Source: an uncultured Clostridia bacterium (GTDB lineage Bacteria; Bacillota; Clostridia; Christensenellales; UBA3700). From it: a stretch of 64,000 bases of DNA. The position numbers and the translations under genes were made by a program. Within the stretch, counting starts at the first letter, position 1. Each line of letters begins with the position of its first letter. The stretch covers positions 860 to 64,859 of the forward strand of contig CAMOIC010000002.1 in assembly GCA_946615965.1 (NCBI GenBank). The letters are read 5' to 3'. Below, piece by piece: positions 47,254 to 57,494 of the stretch. The notes beneath the pieces are model-generated. The model worked only from the letters and a program-made list of their open reading frames with translations, was not told the DNA's origin and searched no databases.

Positions 47254-47841
47254 TTATATTTCTTTTCTATCTTGAAGTGCACGTGTTAGTGTTACTTCAT
47301 CTGTGTACTCAATATCCGAGCCCATTGATACACCAGAAGCAAGTCTTGTAACCTTTACTCCAAGTGGTTTTATTAGTTTTGCAATATAAGCTGCTGTAAC
47401 TTCTCCATCAACATCTGGATTAGTTGCAACGATAACTTCTTTAACACCATCAAGTCTTTTAATTAACTCTTTAATATGAATATCATCTGGTCCAATTCCT
47501 GCAAGAGGATTTAAAGTACCATGTAAAACATGGTAAACACCTTTATACTCTCTTGTCTTTTCAAATGCAGAAATATCCTTTGGGTCTTTTACAACACAGA
47601 TAATAGATTTATCTCTTGTTGCGCAAATCTCGCATTCATCTTTATCTGTATAATTACCACAAGTTTTGCAATAATGAATCTTCTTTTTAGCATCAATCAA
47701 AGATTGAGCAAAAAGATTAACATCTTCCTCACTCATGTTAATAATTGAATATGCGTAGCGTTGTGCTGTTTTGGAACCAACAGATGGCAATTTTGTAAAT
47801 TGAGCTACTAAATTATCTAAAGACTCGATTTGTGTTTGCAT
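47254..47841 (-). CDS. recR: Recombination protein RecR
   Basis: LPSVGSKTAQRYAY helix-hairpin-helix, C4 zinc finger CKTCGN...CEIC, Toprim. Confidence 0.93.
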   Translation of the reverse strand: MQTQIESLDNLVAQFTKLPSVGSKTAQRYAYSIINMSEEDVNLFAQSLIDAKKKIHYCKTCGNYTDKDECEICATRDKSIICVVKDPKDISAFEKTREYKGVYHVLHGTLNPLAGIGPDDIHIKELIKRLDGVKEVIVATNPDVDGEVTAAYIAKLIKPLGVKVTRLASGVSMGSDIEYTDEVTLTRALQDRKEI

Positions 47842-47842
47842 A

Positions 47843-48184
47843 TTAGAATCCTAAACCACCTAGGTTACCGAATTTACCCATTCTTTCGTTCTTTTCTATT
47901 TCAACTTGATCTTGAGCGTCATTGAATGCAGCCACAAGTAAATCTTCAAGCATTTCTACATCATCTGGATCAACAGCTTCCTTCTTAATAGAAATACCTG
48001 TTAACTTACCATCGCAAGTCATCTTAACTTCTACCATTCCAGATGCACTTCCTGTAACTTCTAATTCAGCAAGTTCTGCTTGAGCTTCTTGCATTTCTTG
48101 TTGCATCTTTTGTGCTTGTTTCATTAATTGTTGCATGCCGCCCATGCCACCACCGGCACCGCCTCTATATGGTCCAAATCCCAT
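47843..48184 (-). CDS. ybaB: Nucleoid-associated protein YbaB/EbfC
   Basis: MQQLMKQAQKMQQEMQEAQAEL...VEVKMTCDGK. Lies between dnaX and recR. Confidence 0.9.
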   Translation of the reverse strand: MGFGPYRGGAGGGMGGMQQLMKQAQKMQQEMQEAQAELAELEVTGSASGMVEVKMTCDGKLTGISIKKEAVDPDDVEMLEDLLVAAFNDAQDQVEIEKNERMGKFGNLGGLGF

Positions 48185-48199
48185 TTTTGTATCTCCTTT

Positions 48200-49678
48200 T
48201 TAGAATAGATTTTTTACTTTATCTAAATTTTCTTTTTTAATATCTACAATATGATTAATCTCAACTGACTTAATTTCCATGAAGTCCTTCTTAACAAATC
48301 TATTGAAGAAATCTTTATATTTAACAATTTCATTATATAGAGCATCATTATTAATATTTAATGTGAATACTCTATCTTTTAGTTCAATCTCATCCTTTTT
48401 AACTTTACTTGCTATTGTATATTCAACAACAAATTTTGGATCTTGAGATAAAGATAACAATACAGCGCCCCATAATGTTTGAGCTGTAAGTTCTGTACCT
48501 TCTTCTAAGTTACTACCTTGAACTGAACGTTTAAATGCTTCAAGCTCTAATACTCTCTTAATTACAGAATTAGTATCTATAGAAGATGACATATCACAAG
48601 CTTTAGCAATAGCTGTTTCAAGTACAACTTTAGATAAAGTTGAATATCTTAAAGTATTTTGTACTTCAGCCATAATTTCTGTTGCTCTTGTAATTCTATA
48701 GTTTGTTGCAGGAGCAGCAGCATCTTTAATCTTTTGGAATAATTCAAGTGGTAGTCCAAGCAAGTTCTTTGCATCTTGGCAATTCTTTGCAAATAGAAAG
48801 TTGTTTAACATCTTAGCTACATCATCAGCAAGAACATTTACGCTCTTACCCATATTAACTTGTCTATTTGCTAGCATAATTGCATTTTGAACATCACCTG
48901 AAATAATATAATCACAAAGTTCTACAATAATATCTGGAGATGAAGCTCCTAATACTTCTAGAACATCGTTATACTCAATCTTTTTATCGCCACAGTATGA
49001 AACAACCATATCTGCTACAGACAATGCATCACGAACAGAACCATTACCAGCTTCTGCTATAGCGCTTGCAGCTTCTTGTTCATACTTAACTTTAATCTCA
49101 TCAAAGATTGCACAAATATGCTTTGTTAACTCTTCTTTTGAAATTAATCTAAAATCAAATCTTAAGCAACGAGATAAAATTGTTGCAGGAATCTTTTGCA
49201 CTTCAGTTGTTGCTAAAATGAACACTACGTGTTCAGGTGGCTCCTCAAGTGTCTTTAAGAACGCATTGAAAGCAGCCTTTGTAAGCATATGAACTTCATC
49301 GACAATATATACTTTATATTTGCCAACAGTTGGTGCAAATTTTGTTTTTTCTGTTAAATCTCTTATATCTTCTACAGAGTTATTTGAAGCAGCATCTAGT
49401 TCAATAATATCTAAATTATTACTCTCAGATAATGCTTTACAATTCTTACATTCACAACATGGTGAACCATCCGCTTTTGGGTGAAGACAGTTTATTGCTT
49501 TTGCAAAAATCTTTGCAGTTGATGTCTTACCAGTACCACGAGTACCTGTAAATAAGTAAGCATGAGCAATTTGCCCAGACACTATAGCATTCTTTAGTGT
49601 TTGGCGAATATGTTGTTGCCCTATCATGGCATCAAATGTTTGTGGACGGAATCTTCTGTATAAAGATGTATAAGCCAT
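48200..49678 (-). CDS. dnaX: DNA polymerase III subunit gamma/tau
   Basis: YRRFRPQTFDAMIGQQHI, GTRGTGKTS, zinc module CCECKNC, YIVDEVHM. Confidence 0.93.
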   Translation of the reverse strand: MAYTSLYRRFRPQTFDAMIGQQHIRQTLKNAIVSGQIAHAYLFTGTRGTGKTSTAKIFAKAINCLHPKADGSPCCECKNCKALSESNNLDIIELDAASNNSVEDIRDLTEKTKFAPTVGKYKVYIVDEVHMLTKAAFNAFLKTLEEPPEHVVFILATTEVQKIPATILSRCLRFDFRLISKEELTKHICAIFDEIKVKYEQEAASAIAEAGNGSVRDALSVADMVVSYCGDKKIEYNDVLEVLGASSPDIIVELCDYIISGDVQNAIMLANRQVNMGKSVNVLADDVAKMLNNFLFAKNCQDAKNLLGLPLELFQKIKDAAAPATNYRITRATEIMAEVQNTLRYSTLSKVVLETAIAKACDMSSSIDTNSVIKRVLELEAFKRSVQGSNLEEGTELTAQTLWGAVLLSLSQDPKFVVEYTIASKVKKDEIELKDRVFTLNINNDALYNEIVKYKDFFNRFVKKDFMEIKSVEINHIVDIKKENLDKVKNLF

Positions 49679-49691
49679 ATTTTACACTCAA

Positions 49692-49721
49692 TTTGCCGCT
49701 TAAGAAATCTTAAGCGGCAAA
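49692..49721. terminator. Strong hairpin between the GPH transporter gene and dnaX
   Basis: TTTGCCGCTTAAG-AAAT-CTTAAGCGGCAAA (13 bp). The T-run is on the plus-strand side only, so strand assignment is uncertain. Confidence 0.45.
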
Positions 49722-49751
49722 TATCCTTTTTTTGTTTTATTTTTTAAGGAA

Positions 49752-51308
49752 TTAATCTTCCTTCTTTTCTTCTACTGCAGTTTCTACTGGAGCAGCATCT
49801 ACTGGAGCATCTACAACAACATCATCTAAAACATTAGCAGCTTTTCTTGCAGCAACTCTAGCTACAGCTGCAGCTTGCTTCTTTTCATCGAAGTCATAGA
49901 ATGCAAGAGGAATAGCACAAGCAGCCATTGAGATACCACAAGCAAGAGTTGTTACCATCCAAATGTTATCTTTAACTGTTTGTAATGTTTCAGCAAGTTC
50001 TTTTGATTCAGCTGTTAAAGCTTCACCTGCTTGAGCTGCAGCATAACCTGAAGCACCAAGTACTAATAATGTAACGAATGCTGTTAAAGCCATACCAATC
50101 TTTGAGATTAATGTTTGCATTGAATAGCAAATACCTTCAGCTCTCTTACCTGTCTTATCTTCTAAGTAGTCGATACTATCACCAATCATTGAGTAAGTTA
50201 AGATGTTACTAAATCCTGATGGAATACCAGCTAAGATAATAATTACATAGAATAAGATTTGAGAAAGATTATCTGTACCTGCACTCTTTAAACCAACAAA
50301 GTATAAAAGAACAAGTAATGCACCACCAATTACGTGTGACCATAAGAATAAGTTTCTCTTACCCATCTTTCTAGATAGATATGGTGTTAATAAAGTAGCA
50401 GCAAGACCGCCTGGAACAACTAGCATAAAGATTAATGCTGCAAGTTGTGCATTGTTTAAGTTGACGTTTGCATAGTAGATAGCTGTTGTCATATAAATAG
50501 TTCTTAATGAACCAACAACACCTACAGCAATCATAAGTAAAATAGGTTTATTCTTGAATAATAACTTAACGTTTTCACCAAGAGATGACTTTTCTTTATT
50601 TGGATCATAGAATCTTTCATTTGTATTCTTATAACCAATCCAGAATGTTGGTACAGCTAAAGCTACGGAAACTATAGCAATAATAATGTATGCAATTTGC
50701 ATAGTATGCGTATAGTTTTCAGCACCTTTATCAAATGCACCTGTTACAACTGGAATTACTACTGAAACTAAACCAGAACCAACTGTGCAGAATAAACGAG
50801 CAACTGTAAGCATTGTATTTCTCTTATCTGTATCAGATGTCATTGAAGAAGCAAGTCCCCAATATGGAACGTCTACAGATGTATAAGCAATACCCCATAA
50901 TAGATATACTACAGTAGCGTAAGCTAATTTTGCAGCTTCAGAACCTGGAATAGTTGTGAATAGTAAAATTGTGAATAAAGCGATTGGTATAGGTGACCAT
51001 TTTAAGTATGGTCTCATCTTACCACTCTTTGACTTTGTTGAATCTACGATTGTTCCCATGATTGGATCATTAAACGCATCGAACAATCTTGCGAATAAGA
51101 ACATATATGCAAGATATGTAATACCACTATCTCCAATACCTGCAACGTCTGTCATGAATACCATGAAGAAAGTTGTAACAAGTTGGCAAATAATGTTTTG
51201 TCCAAGACCAGCAATGGAATAAGAAATAACTTCTTTAGATTGCATTTCGCCTGGTCTATTTGGATCAGTACCAAGCATCTTATTTAATGCTTCTCCGATT
51301 TTTGACAT
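49752..51308 (-). CDS. Glycoside-pentoside-hexuronide (GPH):cation symporter family transporter
   Basis: About 12 TM segments. N-terminal ISYSIAGLGQNIICQLVTTFFMVFMTDVAGI and DPIMGTIVDST are typical of MelB/YicJ-type symporters. Has a roughly 50-aa Ala/Val/Asp-rich C-terminal extension. Confidence 0.75.
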   Translation of the reverse strand: MSKIGEALNKMLGTDPNRPGEMQSKEVISYSIAGLGQNIICQLVTTFFMVFMTDVAGIGDSGITYLAYMFLFARLFDAFNDPIMGTIVDSTKSKSGKMRPYLKWSPIPIALFTILLFTTIPGSEAAKLAYATVVYLLWGIAYTSVDVPYWGLASSMTSDTDKRNTMLTVARLFCTVGSGLVSVVIPVVTGAFDKGAENYTHTMQIAYIIIAIVSVALAVPTFWIGYKNTNERFYDPNKEKSSLGENVKLLFKNKPILLMIAVGVVGSLRTIYMTTAIYYANVNLNNAQLAALIFMLVVPGGLAATLLTPYLSRKMGKRNLFLWSHVIGGALLVLLYFVGLKSAGTDNLSQILFYVIIILAGIPSGFSNILTYSMIGDSIDYLEDKTGKRAEGICYSMQTLISKIGMALTAFVTLLVLGASGYAAAQAGEALTAESKELAETLQTVKDNIWMVTTLACGISMAACAIPLAFYDFDEKKQAAAVARVAARKAANVLDDVVVDAPVDAAPVETAVEEKKED

Positions 51309-51387
51309 AATTAACCTTCCTTATTTATTATTATATAAATATAATATCATACGATTTTTTTATATTCAACATATTATTTTTTACTTA

Positions 51388-52845
51388 CTAGCCCAGTAAA
51401 TGCTTGATTTCTTTAGCAACATCAGATGCAAGAACCCCATATTCTGTGTATTCTTCTTCAGCGCGTTTTGCTCCCTTAGCACATAAATACGCACCCATAT
51501 AGCAAGATTTTATTAAATCCATGCCTTGAGAGGTAAAGCCAAGTATAACTCCAGACAATGTATCACCAGAGCCTCCCTTTGCTAAAGAAGGGCCTCCAAA
51601 TGGCATAAAATATTTTTTTTCTTTATCGCAAATTATTGTTGTTGCGCCCTTTAAAAGAACTACTGCGTTTAATTCCTTTGCCAATTCTTGAGCACATGAA
51701 ACAGGGTTTTCTAATACACTATTTACATCTATATTTGTAAGTCTTGAAAACTCTTTTGGATGAGGTGTTATGATAACCTTAGCCTTAGCATTTTTAATGA
51801 TATCAACATCTCCATTTAAAGAATTTAATCCATCTGCGTCTAATAAAACTGGACCATCAAAATTATTCAAAATATAAGATATTATCTTCTTATTTTCACT
51901 TGTATTTCCCATACCCATTCCAATAGCAAACGAAGATGCCATTTTTATAAGTTCATCTAATTCTTCTTTATTAAAAACAAGTTCTGCATCACTATCTTGC
52001 ATTGGATAAATAGTACTTTCAACAATAGATGCTCCTATAATATTTGCCATAGATTTTGGACAAGCAATTACATTTAATCCAGCCCCCATTCTTAATGCAC
52101 AAAGTCCCATATTTGCAATCTTTATAGCACCATAATAATTCTTGAAACCGCCGATTATTACAGCTCTACCAAATGAACCTTTATTAACATTATTTAATCT
52201 ATGAGGAAGTGTTATATCTTTATCTTCTAAAATGATTACATCATCTACTGTTTTATCTATTCCGATATCTTTTATAACAAGCTCACCACAATAGTCTTTA
52301 CCATCATTTAAGTAATGACCATATTTAGCAAATTGAATAGCAACTGTCTTATTTGCTTTTATAGAACATCTTGCTATTCCATTATCTCCATTTAATCCAC
52401 TTGGAATATCTACAGATACAATATATGCATTTGATTTATTTATATTCTCAATTACTTGCTTTACGTTATCTTTTACATCACCTTTAAAGCCAGTACCTAA
52501 TATACAATCTACAATAATATCTGCATTATAATCGCAATCTTTAATGTTAAAAACATTAAAATTATATTTTACTTGCTCATAAAAATAATTTGAGTCCTCA
52601 GATAATCTATTAGATATTAGATATAGTTTTGGAGCATATCCTAAATCTATCATTTCTTTAAATAAGGCAATTCCATCACCGCCATTATTTCCAGAACCAG
52701 ATATAATATAAACCTTTTTAGATAAATCTAATTCTTCAAGAACGCTATGTGCTGCTCTTTTCATAAGCTCAATAGAAGGCGTTTTGTTTTCTATTGTATT
52801 TCTATCTGCATTTCTCATATTTTCAACAGAATAAACATCAATCAT
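51388..52845 (-). CDS. nnr: Bifunctional NAD(P)H-hydrate repair enzyme (epimerase/dehydratase)
   Basis: YjeF-N (SGNNGGDG) fused to a carbohydrate-kinase-like YjeF-C (GGSGDTLSG). 485 aa. Confidence 0.88.
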   Translation of the reverse strand: MIDVYSVENMRNADRNTIENKTPSIELMKRAAHSVLEELDLSKKVYIISGSGNNGGDGIALFKEMIDLGYAPKLYLISNRLSEDSNYFYEQVKYNFNVFNIKDCDYNADIIVDCILGTGFKGDVKDNVKQVIENINKSNAYIVSVDIPSGLNGDNGIARCSIKANKTVAIQFAKYGHYLNDGKDYCGELVIKDIGIDKTVDDVIILEDKDITLPHRLNNVNKGSFGRAVIIGGFKNYYGAIKIANMGLCALRMGAGLNVIACPKSMANIIGASIVESTIYPMQDSDAELVFNKEELDELIKMASSFAIGMGMGNTSENKKIISYILNNFDGPVLLDADGLNSLNGDVDIIKNAKAKVIITPHPKEFSRLTNIDVNSVLENPVSCAQELAKELNAVVLLKGATTIICDKEKKYFMPFGGPSLAKGGSGDTLSGVILGFTSQGMDLIKSCYMGAYLCAKGAKRAEEEYTEYGVLASDVAKEIKHLLG

Positions 52846-53467
52846 TTTCTTTAGCCTCCATCTTAATTTTATCTAGAGCTGCTTTAATATCGTCATATTC
52901 ATATCCGCGATATTGCAAAAATCTTGCTATTGAAGCACAAACTTTAGGATCATCCAAATCTTTATTTAATGCTCTTTTTCTTGCAAGAATTAAGCAACCA
53001 TCTTCGTTATTCTCATCATAATCTGCAAGAGCTAAATCTATATACTCTTGTTTAATACCCTTTAGTTTTAATTCTTGAGCAAGTCTAATTTTTCCTTTTA
53101 CTTTTCTATTTTGGAACACATAAGCTTGCGCATATTTTTTATCATCAATATAACCATATTCTTCACACTTTTGAATACAATAATCTACCACAGCTTTTGT
53201 GTATTTTTTCTCATATAATTTCTTTATTAATTGCTTTTTTGTAGGCACATAAGAGCATACATATTCAACAGACCAAGAAAAAGCTGCATCTTTGTCTGAT
53301 TCAAAAGCAAGTTCTAATAATTCTTGCTCTGTAATCTCTTTTCCAACAAAAATATAGTTTTTTAGAACAACAAATTTAGATAACGAACAACAATATTCGC
53401 CATCTAAATATAGATTGCATCTATCTTGATTTTTTACTTGGGCTTGAATCTTTGTAATTTCTGACAT
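52838..53467 (-). CDS. recX: Regulatory protein RecX
   Basis: 209 aa. N-terminal ITKIQAQVKNQDRCNLYLDGEY and repeated three-helix modules. No recA in the window. Confidence 0.75.
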   Translation of the reverse strand: MSEITKIQAQVKNQDRCNLYLDGEYCCSLSKFVVLKNYIFVGKEITEQELLELAFESDKDAAFSWSVEYVCSYVPTKKQLIKKLYEKKYTKAVVDYCIQKCEEYGYIDDKKYAQAYVFQNRKVKGKIRLAQELKLKGIKQEYIDLALADYDENNEDGCLILARKRALNKDLDDPKVCASIARFLQYRGYEYDDIKAALDKIKMEAKEND

Positions 53468-53468
53468 T

Positions 53469-56400
53469 CTACTTGAAGTAATCTACACCTGCTTTAAAGA
53501 TGTCCATGTCGAATGAACCTCTAATGTTCTTATATAAATCCTTACCTACTCTTTCACTATGACCCATCTTACCTAAGATATGTCCATCTGGAGAAATTAA
53601 TCCTTCAATGGCAAAAGTTGATCCTGTTGGATTATATGGACTTACCATTGTTGCATCACCTAAATTATCTACATATTGTGTAGCAACTAAACCTTCATTT
53701 AGAATCTTTTCTAATTCTTCTTTTGAAGCAACGAATTTACCCATACCGCAAGATATAGGAACGTTACTAATTGTATCAATATTAATACCATCAAACCATG
53801 GCGTCTTATTTGTTGCTATTCTTGTTCTTACAATAGAAGAAACATGATGACCAATATCATTCTTGATAAAGTTGCAAGACTTCTCTGTTTGAGGTGTTAA
53901 TTTACCATATGGAATAAATCCAAGTTTAACAAATGCTTGGAATCCATTACCAATACCTAAAGCCAAACCTTCTCTATCATAAATCATATTCATGAATGCA
54001 TCATTAATCTCGCTCTTTTCAAACATAGATACGATATACTTTGATGTATCCATAATATCGCTATCACTAAATCCGCCTGGAAGTGCTAAGATTTGAGACT
54101 CAATTATTGCTTTTCTAAATGCAGTAATAGATTCTTCAATATCTGATCTTGTTCTATTTCTAATAACTAGGATATTTGTTTCAGCGCCTGCCTTTTCAAA
54201 AGCTCTTGCCATATCATATTCACAAGTAGTTCCTGGGAATACTGGAATTAATACTTTTGGTGGAACTGTCATTGAAACATTATCTCTAATTTCTCTTACG
54301 CAATAAATAAGTTTTGATACATTCTCTACTTCATCATTTTGATATACAGTTGGATATACATCATCTAATGTCTTTGTATATGCATCAAAAGCGTCGCCAA
54401 ATTTAAACTCTTCACCGCATAAATCTGCAGTTCTTGTTCCATTAATCTTTGCAATTAATTTAACATCTAATCCAGCAAGAGAAGATACGTCGCTTGCTTG
54501 AACAACAAAGTCACCAAATAAAGGTGCAAATAAATCTTCAGAAATTTCTTCCCATGTTGTTCCTATTCTATTACCCATACAAGATTTGAATACAGCAGAT
54601 ATTGCGCCACCTTCTTCAACTACGTTTGCTGATACGATATCCCCATTTTCAATTGCTGTTCCAATTGCGAGATATACCTTTTGGGCATCATCAAAATCTG
54701 GAACGCCATATTCGTCTCTTCTTATATGAATTCTATAAATATTCTTTGCATCAGACTTTTCATTAAAATCATTTGAAATTAACTTACTTGCTTTAGATAT
54801 ACCACAAGCAAATGAAATAATTGTTGGTGGTACATCAAGATTTCCAAATGTACCATTCATACTATCCTTACCACCAATAGAACAAATACCTAAATTCAAT
54901 TGAGCATATAATGCTCCAAGCAATGCAGATGTAGGTTCTCCCCATCTTTCTTTATCATTACCAAGGTTCTTGAAATATTGTTGTAAATTCAATTTGATAT
55001 TGCCAAGTTTAACACCTGCAGCAATTTGTTTTGAAATTGAAATAATAATCGAATAAATTGATCCAACAAATGGAGATTCACTCATAAGATAAGGTGAGCA
55101 TCCAAATGAAGCTACTGTTGCTGTATCTGTTTCTCCATTTACAGGAATCTTTGCCGCCATAACAATTGATTCTGTTTCTTGATATTTACCACCATAAGGC
55201 ATAAATATAGTATTTGAATTAATTGTCGAATCGCACATTTGCGCTCTTCCTTTTTGAGAGCAAACATTTAATCTTGATAAATCAGCAAGTAAAGCACCTC
55301 TAAAATCACCATCTTCAAAGAACTTGTTAGCAGCTTGGCTTGGCTTATTCATATATTTTGTAACCTTTTCATTGATTACAACATCTTGTTTAACTTTAAC
55401 GCCCTTTAAATCTACAAAATCCCTGTTTAAATTAACAACAGTATCTCCGTTATAGAACATTCTAACAAGACCGGAATCTGTAACTGTTGCTATCTTTGTA
55501 GCAGCTAAATTCTCTTGATTAGCAATCTTAATAAACTCATCTTGTTTTACATCATCTAAAACAACAACTATTCTATCTTGAGTTTCAGATATTGCAATTT
55601 CTGTTCCAGATAATGATTCATCTACTCTTGGAACTAAATTTAGGTTTACATCAAAGCTTCTAGCACTCTCTAGAAGAGCTACAGCAAGACCGCCGGTAGA
55701 CACGTCTGTACATCTTTTAACAATACTTGTTGCTTCTTTTCTTCTAACAAGTCTTTGTAATGCTCTAGATATTAGTGGGTCGCCTTTTTCAAATGAAGAT
55801 GATTTAATATCTGTATCTTTTCTTGAAGCAGCTGATGCTGCACCGCAACCAACTCTTGACGTCTTTTCGCCAACTATCATGATAATGTCGCCGCATTCTG
55901 CTTCGGCCGCCATCATGTTTTCTTTCTTACCAGCACCAATAACGAAGTTAGCTTCTAAGTGCTTAGCCTTGTAATTCTCATGATACATCTCATAAGAAAG
56001 ACCTGTTGGAACACCAATTTGTGTACCGATCTCAGCATGTCCCATTGCGGATTTTGTTGAAATTGTTTTTTGAGATAATTTCTTATTTTGTAAATCTATC
56101 TTTGAATCTCTTGGATCTGCAGAACCAGATACTCTCATTGCTTGATATGTAAATGATCTACCAGTTAATGGATCTAAAACAGCCGCTGATAGACCAGTTG
56201 CTGCGCCACCATATGGTTCTATCTCTGTTGGAGAGTTTGCTGTTTCTGTTTTAAACATTACAACCCATTTTTCATTCTTGCCATTAACATCTACATCGAC
56301 ATCAATAGCACTAACATTTCTCTCAAGAGTTGTAACTAAATTCTTTAATCTACCTTGCTTTTGTAATTTCTTAATAGCAATAGTAGCAATATCTCTTAAT

Positions 56401-57191
56401 GATACATATGAATTTGCATTCTCTTCACTAAACTCTTTAGCTATTCTCTTATATTGAGAATATGCTCTTTCAATATGTGGATTGTCTGAATTGATATTTA
56501 TTGAAGTAATTTCAGTATCAATAACTGAATGCTTTACGTGATCTGACCAAAGTGTATCTAATACTTTAATTTCAGTTTCTGTTGGATTTCTCTTAATGTC
56601 TTTGAAATAATCTTGAATTAGTTTTAAGTCTTCAAATGAAATTGCAAAATTTTGTGAATCATAAAATGGTTGTAATTCATTATTCTTTAGAGAGATGAAA
56701 CTATCATATAAAACATTTTGAGGTTTCTTATACTCAACTTTTAGAGTATCTGGTAAATCAAGCATAGCTTCTTTATTAACAAGTGGATTAATAATGTATG
56801 CTTTTATCTTTTCAAAATCAGTATCAGCCACACCTGAGAAAGCATAAACTGTTGCTGTCTTTACTTTTGGTTCATCGCCAGCGGAAATGATTCTTATACA
56901 AGTTTCAGCATTTTCAGCTTTTGTATCAGCAGTTTCAGTTAGTGGTTCTATAGCAAAACTTCTATAGCCTCTTGTTGGGTTCTTTGTATAGACATACTCA
57001 AGGGATGGTTCATAGAAAATGAAACTTTGGAATCTATCAAAAACGTAGTCAGATAATCCTTCAATGTCATATCTGTCAAATATTCTTAAATCCTCAATAT
57101 TAATTGAGAAAAGGTTCTCTAGTTCCTCTTTTAGATCTAACGCCTTTGAATTATATTCTGTTTTTTGTTCAACAAACAAACGTCTAATCAT
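53469..57191 (-). CDS. purL: Phosphoribosylformylglycinamidine synthase, single-chain large form
   Basis: 1240 aa with AIR-synthase-like repeats and a C-terminal glutamine amidotransferase domain. Confidence 0.9.
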   Translation of the reverse strand: MIRRLFVEQKTEYNSKALDLKEELENLFSINIEDLRIFDRYDIEGLSDYVFDRFQSFIFYEPSLEYVYTKNPTRGYRSFAIEPLTETADTKAENAETCIRIISAGDEPKVKTATVYAFSGVADTDFEKIKAYIINPLVNKEAMLDLPDTLKVEYKKPQNVLYDSFISLKNNELQPFYDSQNFAISFEDLKLIQDYFKDIKRNPTETEIKVLDTLWSDHVKHSVIDTEITSININSDNPHIERAYSQYKRIAKEFSEENANSYVSLRDIATIAIKKLQKQGRLKNLVTTLERNVSAIDVDVDVNGKNEKWVVMFKTETANSPTEIEPYGGAATGLSAAVLDPLTGRSFTYQAMRVSGSADPRDSKIDLQNKKLSQKTISTKSAMGHAEIGTQIGVPTGLSYEMYHENYKAKHLEANFVIGAGKKENMMAAEAECGDIIMIVGEKTSRVGCGAASAASRKDTDIKSSSFEKGDPLISRALQRLVRRKEATSIVKRCTDVSTGGLAVALLESARSFDVNLNLVPRVDESLSGTEIAISETQDRIVVVLDDVKQDEFIKIANQENLAATKIATVTDSGLVRMFYNGDTVVNLNRDFVDLKGVKVKQDVVINEKVTKYMNKPSQAANKFFEDGDFRGALLADLSRLNVCSQKGRAQMCDSTINSNTIFMPYGGKYQETESIVMAAKIPVNGETDTATVASFGCSPYLMSESPFVGSIYSIIISISKQIAAGVKLGNIKLNLQQYFKNLGNDKERWGEPTSALLGALYAQLNLGICSIGGKDSMNGTFGNLDVPPTIISFACGISKASKLISNDFNEKSDAKNIYRIHIRRDEYGVPDFDDAQKVYLAIGTAIENGDIVSANVVEEGGAISAVFKSCMGNRIGTTWEEISEDLFAPLFGDFVVQASDVSSLAGLDVKLIAKINGTRTADLCGEEFKFGDAFDAYTKTLDDVYPTVYQNDEVENVSKLIYCVREIRDNVSMTVPPKVLIPVFPGTTCEYDMARAFEKAGAETNILVIRNRTRSDIEESITAFRKAIIESQILALPGGFSDSDIMDTSKYIVSMFEKSEINDAFMNMIYDREGLALGIGNGFQAFVKLGFIPYGKLTPQTEKSCNFIKNDIGHHVSSIVRTRIATNKTPWFDGINIDTISNVPISCGMGKFVASKEELEKILNEGLVATQYVDNLGDATMVSPYNPTGSTFAIEGLISPDGHILGKMGHSERVGKDLYKNIRGSFDMDIFKAGVDYFK

Positions 57192-57358
57192 GTTACCTCA
57201 AAACCCTAATTAATTTTACCACTAATATTATACTCAACTCAAACAAACTTTTAGTGGCAAAAAACCTATTGTTAATTTTTAAACATCCCTATTTTTTTAA
57301 TATGTGACAAACACTCCGGAAACTTAAAAATCGCTTAAGAATAGCGTTTTTGCCTTAG

Positions 57359-57399
57359 TTATCCACAAAGTTATCCACATTGACCTATAGTTATCCACA
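57359..57399 (+). promoter_or_regulatory. DnaA-box cluster (three perfect boxes, same orientation)
   Basis: TTATCCACA at 57359-67, 57371-79 and 57391-99. It lies between the beta-mannosidase terminator and the purL promoter region. Confidence 0.5.
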
Positions 57400-57425
57400 A
57401 TAAAAAGTGAATATTGCGATATTCA
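57400..57425 (-). terminator. Possible intrinsic terminator after the GH2 gene
   Basis: Minus strand UGAAUAU-CGCA-AUAUUCA followed by CUUUUUAUU. The stem is AT-rich. Confidence 0.4.
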
Positions 57426-57494
57426 AAAAATAGTTTTTTATATTCACAATCCGGTTTTTGCGACACGGAAAAGTTATGTCTAATTATAAGAAAA

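Noticed and set aside
57192-57358. Purine riboswitch or PurR PurBox control of purL
   Set aside because: The leader lacks the conserved purine-riboswitch junction sequences. The two PurBox-like strings (AAAACCGGATTGT, AGTTTCCGGAGTG) each have 2-3 mismatches and are about 150 nt apart, not the paired arrangement PurR uses.
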